A DNA stretch of 64,000 bases. It comes from Macrostomum lignano (taxonomy: Eukaryota). Under the pieces are notes generated by a model. It worked only from the letters and a program-made list of their open reading frames with translations. It made no database searches and was not told where the DNA came from. The position numbers and the translations under genes were made by a program. The stretch lies in assembly GCA_002269645.1 (NCBI GenBank), contig NIVC01000952.1, forward strand, positions 338,967-402,966, in the 5' to 3' direction. Position 1 is the first letter of the stretch, and each line of letters opens with the position of its first letter. Shown in pieces: positions 51,424 to 61,931 of the stretch.

Positions 51424-54400
51424 TCAGGGGGACCCGTCGGTCTCGCCTGCAGCGCGGTCCTCCTCACCGACGGTGGGGAAGAAATCAGCTCGTCCGGTGT
51501 CCCTGAGGTACCGGGCGAGCAGTGGGATGCTCTCGGGCCTGCAAACGTCGGAGAGAACCGGGTTTGGCCCGAGGTGAGTAAGCCTGGCCCTGGTGAAAAC
51601 CGGGCAGTGGCAGATAAAATGCTCGGCGTTTTCACTGCCTGAGCGGCAGAAGGGGCACCGCTCCTCGGGTACTTGGCCCTGAAGGAAGCGGTGGCGAGAG
51701 AAGCAGCCATGCCCGGAGAGGGCCATGCTAACTGCTCTGAGGTCTCTGCGGTTGAGCCTGAGGAGGGCTCTACGCAGGAGAGGAGAGGGACAGGGGACGG
51801 CAGCACGGGATTGCCTACAATTCCGGGTGTCGTGCCACCTGCGGAGATGCTCGGAGTCAGCCCAGCGCTTAACGCGGGAATTGATCACCGAGGCGGGGAT
51901 GGGGGCACCCGGGCCCGGCCCCAATAGCGCGCCGGCGGAGCCAGCCTTGGCCAGCAGGTCAGCGCGCTCGTTGCCGAGGAAGCCGGCGTGGCCCGGGATC
52001 CATCTGAGCTCCACCTGGTTGCCTAGCGCAAGCCCGTTGAGCTGGGTGTTGCAGTCCAGGACGGACCTGGAGCTGGCGGTGCTGCGGCAGAGGGCCCGAA
52101 GGGCTGCTTGGCTGTCAGAGTGAAAAATAAATTTCCGGCCGCTAAGCTGCCTTCGGCGCAGCTCTGCCGCGCAGGAGCTGATGGCAAGCACCTCGCTCTG
52201 AAAAACACTGGAGTTGAGCCCAGTGTGCTGGGAGTAGCTCCACACCACTTCTCCCTTGAAGAAGACGCAAGCTCCGAAGCCTGAAAGACCATGCCTCATA
52301 GAGCCGTCAGTGTAACAGTGGACTTCAGAGTCGCTCAGCTGTCACTCGCCTCGTGTCGAGGCTGAATGGTGACCTTATACCTTTGGCTCAGGAGAAGGGC
52401 GGCTGGGATCGAGTCCGTGAGGATGTTGAGCCCGCCACACTCCTCGAGAGCCTTGAGGCAGAGGTCAGAGTGCGGGATAAGCGACCGCTTCTTAAAGGCC
52501 CGCACTTTCTTGAAGGCCACCCCAGCATCCAGAAGACGCCGGGTGCTCTTCGCCGCCTCTCCTTTGATATAAATATCCAAAGGAGGGGCGCAGAGGAAGG
52601 CATTCATGCCTTCAAAAGGAGTAGAGGGTGGAGCGCCCATAGTCATGCGGCAGGCTCTGCCCTGGATTTTGTAGAGAGCGTCGAGGTTGCTCTTGACGCT
52701 CAGGCCGCTAGCCCACACGAGGCTGGCGTAACTGATCGAGGGGCGGATGATGGCAGTGTAAATCCACCACAGCTTCCTGGGGGTGAGCCCCCAGGTGGTG
52801 CCCACGGCGCGCCTGATCTGAGCCAGTACAGCCAGGGCTTTTTTGGCTTTAGTTTGAATGTGCGGAGTCCAGTTAAGCCTGTGGTCCAGAGTGAGGCCCA
52901 GGCAGCGGACCTGCTTCTCCATGGAAATATTCTTTCCATAGAGGGTGAGGGGCTTAATGGTCCAGAGCAGTTTGTTGGTAAACATGACTGCTGTGGTTTT
53001 CGACTCTGAGAGTCTAAGGCCACATTGGTCTGCCCAACGCTCCGCTCGTCCCAGAAAGCCCTGCAGAAGGTCTCTGATGGTATCAACCGAGGGGCCCGCG
53101 CATATCGCGGTCACATCATCGGCATAGCCCACCTTGAGAATGGGGTCGTGGAGATCACTGCAAAGCAACTCATCCATGACCATGTTCCAGAGAACGGGGG
53201 TGAGAACGCCGCCCTGGGGGCCCCCTTTCAGGACAGGCACCGAAAGAGAGCTGCCGCTCAGGTGGGCCACAACAGTGCGGTTTCGGATCATGAACATGAT
53301 CCACCGGACAAGGTGAGGGTGCGTGGCCCTGGATTCCAGGGCTCTGCAAAAGGCCTCGAAGATGACGTTGTCGAAGGCCCCCTCAATGTCCAGGAAAAGC
53401 GAGAGGGCAAAGCCGCTGCCAAGAACGGCCCTCTCCAGGAAGTCAACAATGACATGGAGAGCACTCTCGGTTGACCTGCCCGCGCGGAAGGCGTGCTGGT
53501 TCTGCGAGAGTGGGAAGCGCTTCAGCTCGACCGAAAGTAGGCGCCAAAGCACCAGTCTCTCGAGGAGCTTGAGGCAGAAAGAAGTGAGGCTGATAGGCCT
53601 GAAGGCCTTCACCGATTAATAGTCGCTCTTTCCAGGCTTGGGGATAAAGACCACCCGGGCCTCTCTCCATGCAACTGGTACATAGCCCAGCTCCATACAA
53701 GCTCGAAGGAGACGACAGAGCAGGTCCAGGAAGCGGTGGTTTTTCACCGCCTCGTGCAAGAACGCTGGGTAGATGCCGTCGGGCCCAGGCGCCTTGAACG
53801 GGTTAAAGGACCTTGCCGCTCTAATAATGCGGTCTTTGGTGATCATAGACTTTGCTAGGCCTTGCCCTCCCACTGTGTGGTCGGGCGGGCCCTGCTGAGT
53901 CGGAGATTTAGGGAAAAAACTGTTGAGCATGAGCTCTAGAGTCTCTTCCGAACTCTCTGTGACCGAGCCGTCAGGTCTCTTCACAACAGAGAGTTTAGAA
54001 AAACGGTCATTAGTGAGTGCCTTAACCACGCGGGCTACGGGGCGAGAGCCCTCAAGCCCTTCGCAATATTGGCGCCACTTGGCCGTCTTGGCCCTTCTGA
54101 CTTGGCCCTTAAACTCGTGGATCGCACGGGTATAGGCCTCTCTGTCAGATGGGTCTTTGGTTTTGAGCGCTCGCCTTTGGAGGGTCCTGGCTCGGCGCCG
54201 AAGGGCCCCGAGCTCTGGGTTCCACCAGGGAGCAGATTTCTTGCCTTTATAGGCCTTTAGGGGGCAGGCTGCTTCAAAGGCAGTGGTGATCGCCCCGCCC
54301 AGGGAGGAGGCGAGATCGTCCACCACCTGGCAGTCAGAGAGGTCACTGGGGGGGTCAAGATCCCGAAGGCCGCGGCTCAGCTTCGAGCCAAAGGCGGCCC

Positions 54401-55127
54401 AATCGGTGTTTCTGACGTTCCGACTCCAAGTGACCTTAGGCTTTTGCTTGGTCGGCCCAATGCAAAAGCGGATAAAGCGGTGGTCCGAGAGCGAGTCCTC
54501 GTCCCACACTCGCCAGCCCGTAACTGCGGAAAGCAGTCCGGGTGAGGCGATGGTGGTGTCGATGACTTCGGCCCACCGCCCATTATTGAACGTTGGTGCA
54601 TTGCCCACGTTACAGAAGTTGAGGTTAGTGCTGCTGACATAGGCCAGCAGCTCCTCGCCTCTGCTATTGATGTTCTTGCTGCCCCAATGCAGGTGGTGTG
54701 CGTTCACATCCCCTGCAATGAGCAGCTCGAACCGATGGGACGCAGCATAGTCAGTAAGGTTGACTAACGCGTCGCAGACAACTGGGGCATCGCCCGGGAA
54801 ATAGGCAGAAGCTACCAGCACAGGTTTATTGGGAATGAGGTTATTGATTTGAACAACACAGATGTCCCCAGTCGAGAGATCAGGTCTCATCCATGCCTCA
54901 AAAGCTTTTGCAGCAAAGACCAGAGATCTTGGGCGAGGCTGAGAGCCCGCCATGCAAAAACAGTGGTAGCCAGATGGCACATTATTTGGCTTACCTTTAG
55001 TCATCCAGGGCTCCTGTACGAAGACCAGGCCCGGAAGCTGTTGCTCTGCCGTGCGCATCAGGTTGACCGACGCCGCCACGCAGTGCTGGGTGTTGATCTG
55101 CAGACACCAGGTAGTCGTTGGCATCAT
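51424..55127 (-). pseudogene. LINE ORF2 (APE-RT-RNase H-CCHC) with one in-frame stop (53616-53618) and one frameshift (~52335)
   Basis: LQINTQH, VFVQEP, GDVNAHH..WG, DSLSDHR; KAFRPISLTSF, FLDIEGAFD, QGGVLTP, YADD; CYTDGS, HSDSQAAL, WIPGHAG..GNERAD; CPFC..ENAEHFICHC. Confidence 0.92.
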
Positions 55128-56511
55128 TGCAGATCGGATGTTGCAGCCGCCAGGAGTTCCTCCTCCTCCTCGGCGCTCACCGACTTCGGGTCGGGGTCGC
55201 CGGTGTCCATGGGCTCTTCTTCAGCAAAAGGCCCCCGATTGGCCGGAAGGCAGTAGGCAGCGTTCGCCGCCCTTTGCCCACCATCCATGGGGTCCTCCGC
55301 CTCAGATTGGCCCAATGCCCTGGAGCAGCCAGCCGCCTGGGCAGGCGGGTCCGTCTCCAGTCGGCCCTGCCCCGAGGGGTTGGGCCCAGCTGGGACGTCC
55401 CCACCCTCCCTGGACGAACTGGTGCGCCTAGGCGTCCCGGCGACCTCTCGCCTCAGCTGGGAGATTTTGGCGGTACGGACTGCCTCAGCTGCACGCTGGT
55501 ACAGGCCGCGCCGCTTGGTGCTACGCGCCCGCCCTGCTCACTGCCACGGGGAGGGTCGGCCTCGTAGGAGCGGATGCGCAGCTTCCAAAGGCCGACGTTG
55601 ATGAAGCTGCCGTGTGGATAACGCCTCATCCAGGCGTCCGACAGCCCCAGGATGGCTGTGAAGCCAGTGCCGTCGGTGCGCTTAAGGGTGTCATGCACCA
55701 CTAGGCCCGCGGCGGGAAGCTCCCGGTTGACTGCTAGCAGTCCTTTCCGGAGCTCGTCAGCAGAGGTAACAACGCTCCTGGCCGGGACCCAGATTCGATG
55801 CCTCTTGGTCCGGGGGCGCTCGTCCTCTCTGCAGAAGGCTAGGTTGAGGTCCCAGCTCTGCTCGGGCAGCAGCTCAAGGAGCCGCCGACCCGAGTCAGCA
55901 TCACTGGGCCAAATGAGAAGGCACGAGTCCCTCGTCGCATTCGAATGAATGTTCAGAGGCGTGCCCTTCAGAGTTTGCTTCCACAGGAGGCCATCAACGG
56001 CACTTCTCACCTGCTTCAGCTGATCGGGAGACAGGCGCGCGTCCTTTCCCAGGATGACAACCGCCGGTTGCCTCTTTGCCGCATCAGCGTAGGAGGCCCG
56101 GGGGTCAGTGGAGCTTTCTTCAGGTGGGCTGTCCACCCTCCCGGCTGCATCGGCCTCCCTATCCTGGGCAGGGGCTTCCGTGGGCTCGAGGCCCTCTTCC
56201 GCCACCGCCCCAGACTGGGAAGCTTCCGCTGCCGCGGGCCGTTGGCCCCTGGCACCGGTTTGGCTTCCGCCCTCCTTGGCCCGCCTCGCCTTGTTAAGTC
56301 GACGGCGGGCAGCTCCAGAGGTGGTGCTGCGTTTCTTAGCAGCTGGAGTAGCAGGTGTCTTCTCGGAGGCACCGCTCAGAGTTGGCTCCACGGGTCTCGC
56401 CGAGGCGTCCCCGATGGTAGCAGGTGGTATGGCCGAGGAGTCCACGGCCCCAGCCGAGGCCGGAGGCACTGTGTCATCCACAGCCGGTTTGTTACTTCGG
56501 TTAGAAGCCAT
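55124..56511 (-). pseudogene. LINE ORF1, apparently frameshifted near 55500; its natural stop overlaps the ORF2 start (ATGA)
   Basis: MASNRSNK start at 56511; ASYADAAKR motif. An acidic C-terminal frame (to 55124) ends in a TGA overlapping the ATG at 55127. Confidence 0.7.
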
Positions 56512-56986
56512 TGGCTGGAAGTAAAAAGGTGGGACTTCCTGCAGAACACAGGCAAAGAGCCGCAAGGCCGCAACCCCAAACCAAGCGGCAGGCCCCCAAA
56601 AAGCAAAATACCACCCTGCGGGGGACCCAAAAGCGCAAGGGGAACCGTTAGCGACCAGACTACTCCCTGGCCAAGCGTCCATCAGCACGGAGTTACACTG
56701 GGACATTAGAGGGTGCGTTTATGGTCACACCAGGACCCGGCGCCAACGAATCAGCTCGGCAGGGCCCAAGGGGGCCTGCCTTAACACCCACGGGACGAGT
56801 ACCCTTCGAAGTGCGCCTTGCAAGGTGAAAATCAGGAGACAGAGTCTCTTGAGCTATCAGCCCGCCAGGGGAGGCAGGTGTGAGCATCGCTGGCTGGGAT
56901 AAAGGCCATACCAGTCTCATACTGCACAGATAGTTCACCACGCCATTACGTGCAGGACCCGGGGTCCTGGGGGCAACAGCCCCGGC

Positions 56987-57622
56987 CAGCAGCTTGTTAG
57001 TACCATTCTGCGCAATGACAGAAGATGCAATCGACCGAATTGAATTGAGGCTGAACTGTGCCAGCCAGTATGAAATTTGACATTATTTGAGCTTGAGCCA
57101 TTCGATTTTACGAAGCTCAGCGATGCCAGCCAGGCACACCAACTGTCAATTTCCCTTTGCTTCTCCACCAGGTTCTGAGCACTGATTGCGTCAAGTGACG
57201 TGAGTCCGTTTGAGAGATTGAACAGCTTGTCTACTAGTTCACAAAATCGGGCTGTGTGGAGTGCAGAAGCAGATTGAATGACTCCATGAGCGTGATAGGT
57301 TCTTAGAGCTTGCGCCATTCGGGCACATATACATGTGATCAGCGAAGTGCTGACTGCACACCACTGCAGTCGCCCATTTGTGCTCATACTTCTTCCCCAG
57401 GTCAGCACGGAAGATGCGACGAGCCCAGTCTTCACACCTACAGCGTAAAATTCAACATAAATCGTACACAAGTTTTCATGCAAATAATATTAGTCACGAT
57501 TCGACTAAGCTTACCGGGCACGGTTTGAAGGAAAGCTGTGAAACCTGGTTTCTGGTGGACAACGATAGGAATAATTTGGACAGCCATAGGCAGCACTGTT
57601 TTCGCGATTTTGCAGAAGGCAT
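56987..57622 (-). pseudogene. THAP domain and truncated P-type transposase core (5' side of the LINE insertion)
   Basis: ATG at 57622; (C)AAYGCPNY..RFHSFP, then a 77-nt GT-AG intron 57514-57438, then CEDWARRI..VVCSQHF; fused directly to HTARFCELVDKLFN. Confidence 0.8.
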
Positions 57623-59194
57623 ACTTCACTGCAGCAAAACCAAACATCCAAATTCTTTGTGAAAAGACAATGCTGCTGCAAGTAATTCTATTAAATGAAA
57701 TATCTTGTGCTACACACTTGAGTAATAGTCTATGGCTACTTATGTTTCTTCACCGGATTAGTAGTTTGTACGCATATCTATTTCTACGCAGTTTAATTTC
57801 ATTAAATCGCTGATTGAGCATTCTGTGTAAGTTCTGTGCAGTAAGTCCTACGCTGCACTCTTATCATTCGACGGTCGAAATCATTGCGTACGGCTACTAA
57901 AAATCAATATGAGACAATTTACTTGTGCATGTGGGTTTTGTCATAGACAATGATCAATTTTTGCCACTCTCGGCGAAGTTGTCTACCTCCAAAACCATGC
58001 ATACAATCTGCCAAATATTTTACTAAAAAACGACGTTCGGAAAAATCCACTAAAGAATGCAAAAGCAATTGAAAAATTACCAGAACTTCCATTTGCATTT
58101 TTAAACCTTGGCTTGAGTAAAAGAAACTTATAAATTAGCCTCGCACATGTTTGTCCGAGTTCGAGTCGCGAGCTAAACAAATGCCTCGTACGTTTCAAAC
58201 ACGTTCGGAAGTCCAATAGGTGAGAAGTTGTCAGTGCTATAAGCTAAAAACTTCCTGTCTCTCTAATGAACTTCGCAGAGAAAGCGGCCTCCAGAGAAAC
58301 GATTTGTACGATTTTAGGGCGTAGCAACCGGGGCCGTAGGTTGGTGGTGCCAACGGCTCAGGCTCGATTCCAACAGTCATCAATTATAATATTAATTATT
58401 AATCATTAATTATTAGCCAATTAAATTGAAATCTCGGCTCTGCTCGTGCAATTAGCGCCACTGAGGACCAATCCCCAAGGCACAGTGCAGACTTAATTGT
58501 ACATGCCTAACGATAAATAAAGTCCGGGCCACATGTACACTCCTGTGTCAGTGTGTGCCTGTGCGTATGACTGGCGTACGCATCTGCGCGGCTGTGTGCC
58601 TGCTCAGGGGAGTCAGCAGAATAGACAGTGATGCCTCTCACCGGTTGTGTGACAATGTCGCTGAAAGTGCGCCAGGGTGATTTTCAAGACTTGAGATACT
58701 TTTGAGATAATCGAGAAATTGGATCCAGATTCGAGATTCAGCCTAATTTTCATCTAGTAGGCCGGCATATTTGCACTTTTCTCTGTATCAATGTTAATAT
58801 TGGAACTTGTTAAACGTATGCATTGATGATAATAGAAAGAAAAACAAAGATTATTTAATTTTGAGCTTGTTAATAACTTGATTTATATCAAATGTAGTAA
58901 TGTAAGTAAATGATATTGAATAACATCGGCAAGCTTCCAGATTGTTTCGCGATATTATTACTATTTTCAAGTTTGAATCGGTGCCAAAACATAGTGCCTC
59001 TGAGCACTACTAGATAGAGCAGTTTATAGTATTAGGTAAATGGAGCAGTAGCAAATTGGTAGATGGAGCAATAGATAGGGCAGTAAAAGTAGCAATAGAT
59101 GGAACGGTAGATAAGAGCAGTAGATAGAGTAATTTATAGAGCATTTTCTGATGCCATTTTCTATCTATCCCTTTTGGCCACAGATATCATTTTC

Positions 59195-60000
59195 TATCAT
59201 GGCACTGTTGCAGCACCAATTCAAAATAGAAAATAATATTGCTTTTGCAGCCCATTTGGGCTTACGCGCTTTGAATTTAATCCAAGATATGTTTGCCAAT
59301 GTAATGGAGCTTTTGTCTATGGTAGAAAGGCTGGCACAGTGGCATTTCATTTGGTCCAACAAGCATCAATTTGGTCCATAATTTCATTTGCAACTGCTGC
59401 GGAGGAGCAAGATCAGCCCCAGAATTGTGGACCATATGCTAGGCTGTCAAACCAATGCCATTGGCTTGCAATTGCAGCACTCGAAAGAGTTGAGAACACC
59501 CAAAGAAAATTGCAAGGTTGCTGAATGTAAGAAATGATGGTTTACAGCATCCAGCAGCGCGTTAAAACTCTGACGGCAGAGATTGCAAGTCACTCGAGAG
59601 CCTCAAATCCAACTGCTACTCGATGCAGTTGAGACGAATCCTTTTTTGACGTTGCAGAAAATGCAGCAGAAGTTGAGGGAACAGCTCCAGTTGGTTATCA
59701 GATTTCGACTATGAGCAGAAGCGCTGGAAAAGCAACTCAAAATTGTTGGTAGAGACGCTGACATTCCAGCGGTGCGCAACAACCTGCAGACGGTTGAGAG
59801 AAGGCAAGAGTTTGTCCAATGGCTCGCGAGTTTAGTATTGATGCTTGTTGGACCAAATGAAATGCCGCTGGGCCAAGCTTGCCATAGACAAAAGCTCCAT
59901 TGCATTGGAAAACGTATCTTGGATTAAATTTAAAATGCGCGTAGGCCCAAATGGCTGCAAAAAGCTATATTCGGAAGCAAACTGATGATCACCATAACAG
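59195..60000 (+). mobile_element. Tc1/IS630-like transposase N-terminal fragment between ~170-bp inverted arms
   Basis: QLLLDAVETNPFLTLQKMQQKLREQL...PAVRNNLQTVERRQEFVQW resembles an HTH/Tnp region. 59195-59380 is the reverse complement of ~59830-60000. Confidence 0.55.
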
Positions 60001-60348
60001 CATAATATCATAGTCACAAATAGTCATGTAATTTCAAATCTTGACATTTTCGAGATCTTGAAACTGAAATCCAGATTGAAAAAAGTGCCGAGATCTTACC
60101 CGACCCCTAACCACTTCAAAGCACATCTATAAGCTGCGGTGAACGCTAAAAGCCGTTTAGAATTTCAGATCGCAGGAATATTACTTAGTTTTGCGCAATA
60201 GGGACTAAAACATCCCACATGCACATTGTAATTATAATTATAATTCAATAGCATCAACCTACTCCTTTCTCTTACTGCAGTGCTGCCTGTTCTGTCCAAA
60301 GTTCTTGAAACTGACTGCAGACTGCACTCTAGAATTTCCTGACATTCG

Positions 60349-60664
60349 ACTGACATTGGCACCGATTGACATTGGCACCGACTGACATTGGCACCGACTG
60401 ACATTGGCACTGACTGACATTGGCACCGATTGACATTAGCACCGATTGACATTGGCACCGACTGACATTGGCACCGACTGACATTGGCACTGACTGACAT
60501 TGGCAACTGACTGACATTGGCACCGATTAACCTTGGCACCGACTGACATTGGCACCGATTGACATTGGCACCGGTAGACATTGGCACCGATTAACATTGG
60601 CACCGACTAACATTGGCACCGATTAACCTTGGCACCGACTGACATTGGCACCGATTGACATTGG
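60349..60664 (+). repeat. 16-bp VNTR (GACATTGGCACCGACT)n, ~20 units, ending 50 nt before the ATG of GT copy 4
   Basis: Same unit and same 50-nt spacer as copy 1. Confidence 0.95.
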
Positions 60665-60713
60665 ACGGGAGACGAGCAGGCGCGGTGTCTTCTACTAATG
60701 ACTTAAATTCTTC

Positions 60714-61931
60714 ATGCTTTCTCACGTGCGCTCCCTGCCTCCCAGGAGGCTGATACCGCCCCTGCTGCTGCTCGTGATCGCCAGCCTGCTGCTCGGGCTG
60801 TATAATTTCGGCTCAAACAGTTGGCTGCAAGGCATCAAATACCACGATATCATCCAGTTCGACCAGAGGCCTGCTCCGGATAGCTTTGTACCGCGGGCCA
60901 CTATGCCAGCTAAGGCTAAGGGATCTGCACCTTTGCAAGGCCTCGACACAGAGGCTCTGAGGCGAAACTTCCCGAAGCTTAAAGAAGCCACAAAACGGCA
61001 CAGCGGGCCGCACAAGGCCCGCTTGGACCAGATGATGATCAGCTACCTGCCGTTCATCAGCACCAGTGCGTGGATGCTGCACAGCCCAAACGGGAAGAAG
61101 TTTACCGTATCGGAAGTTCAAGCTGTATCCAATTCCACAATTCAGCCTGGATTCCAGGTGCCAAACATTGCTCACTTTGTCATGCCGTTCGGCGAAACAA
61201 ACCTGCAGTTCCACCACATGGTCAGCCTTCTCAGCTGTCTGCACATAATGAAGCCTCACCGTCTGCTGCTGTGGTACGCTCCTGGCAAGCTGCCAAGCGG
61301 ACATTGGTGGGACAGAGTCAGGAAGAATCTGACCGAGTCGGAGTGGGAAGAGAAGATCATATTCGTGCAGAGACCGATTCCCACATCCGTGTACACGGTT
61401 CCAGTTCACATAAATCAGCACCAGGCAGATGTGATGAGGCTTGAAGCTGTGCTCTTATTCGGAGGACTGTACATGGACATCGATGTCCTGGTTCTGAAAC
61501 CGCTGGAGCCTCTTCGGAAATTTCCTTTCACTATCGGCAGGGAGGTTCCATACGGTCTGTGCAACGGCGTCTTCTTGTCCGCTCCTAGCGGGACGTTTCT
61601 GGCGATGTGGCACACGGCGTACCAGGTGTTTTTCGACGGTTCCTGGGTTGACCACTCGGTGTGGCTGCCAAACACCATGCAACCCATTTTCCCGGACCTG
61701 TGTCACGTGGAAGAGGAAAGCATGGACCGGCCGAACTGGACTCCAGAGGAGGTGAGCTGGATCTATGTAAAAGGACAGCAGAGCAGGTGGGATTGGCGCT
61801 CGAAGAACTACGTCATGCACCTGTGGTTCCAGAAGTACGGCAAGCAGCACAACATGGACAGCATCAAGACTTTGGACAGCATGTTCGGAGAAATGTGTCG
61901 TTTTATTCTTTTTGGGGTTGTTTCAATTTAG
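60714..61931 (+). CDS. GT32-like copy 4, 405 aa, intact
   Basis: Differs from copy 1 at 9 internal residues and at the C-terminus (FGVVSI versus FGVF). Confidence 0.9.
   Translation: MLSHVRSLPPRRLIPPLLLLVIASLLLGLYNFGSNSWLQGIKYHDIIQFDQRPAPDSFVPRATMPAKAKGSAPLQGLDTEALRRNFPKLKEATKRHSGPHKARLDQMMISYLPFISTSAWMLHSPNGKKFTVSEVQAVSNSTIQPGFQVPNIAHFVMPFGETNLQFHHMVSLLSCLHIMKPHRLLLWYAPGKLPSGHWWDRVRKNLTESEWEEKIIFVQRPIPTSVYTVPVHINQHQADVMRLEAVLLFGGLYMDIDVLVLKPLEPLRKFPFTIGREVPYGLCNGVFLSAPSGTFLAMWHTAYQVFFDGSWVDHSVWLPNTMQPIFPDLCHVEEESMDRPNWTPEEVSWIYVKGQQSRWDWRSKNYVMHLWFQKYGKQHNMDSIKTLDSMFGEMCRFILFGVVSI

Larger units (their letters stand above)
51306..56986 (-). mobile_element. Full-length non-LTR retrotransposon with APE, RT and RNase H (LOA/Lian-like, I-group)
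   Basis: 12-bp TSD (CAGCAGCTTGTT on +) at 51294-51305 and 56987-56998; (AAGTC)n 3' tail; ORF1 then ORF2. Confidence 0.93.

Noticed and set aside
56700-56986. HDV-like ribozyme in the LINE 5' UTR (known for some LOA/RTE/R2 elements)
   Set aside because: I could not thread P1-P2-P3-P1.1-P4 by eye despite GCC-TCCCCT-GGC and GCTAA motifs; needs an RNArobo/Infernal search.
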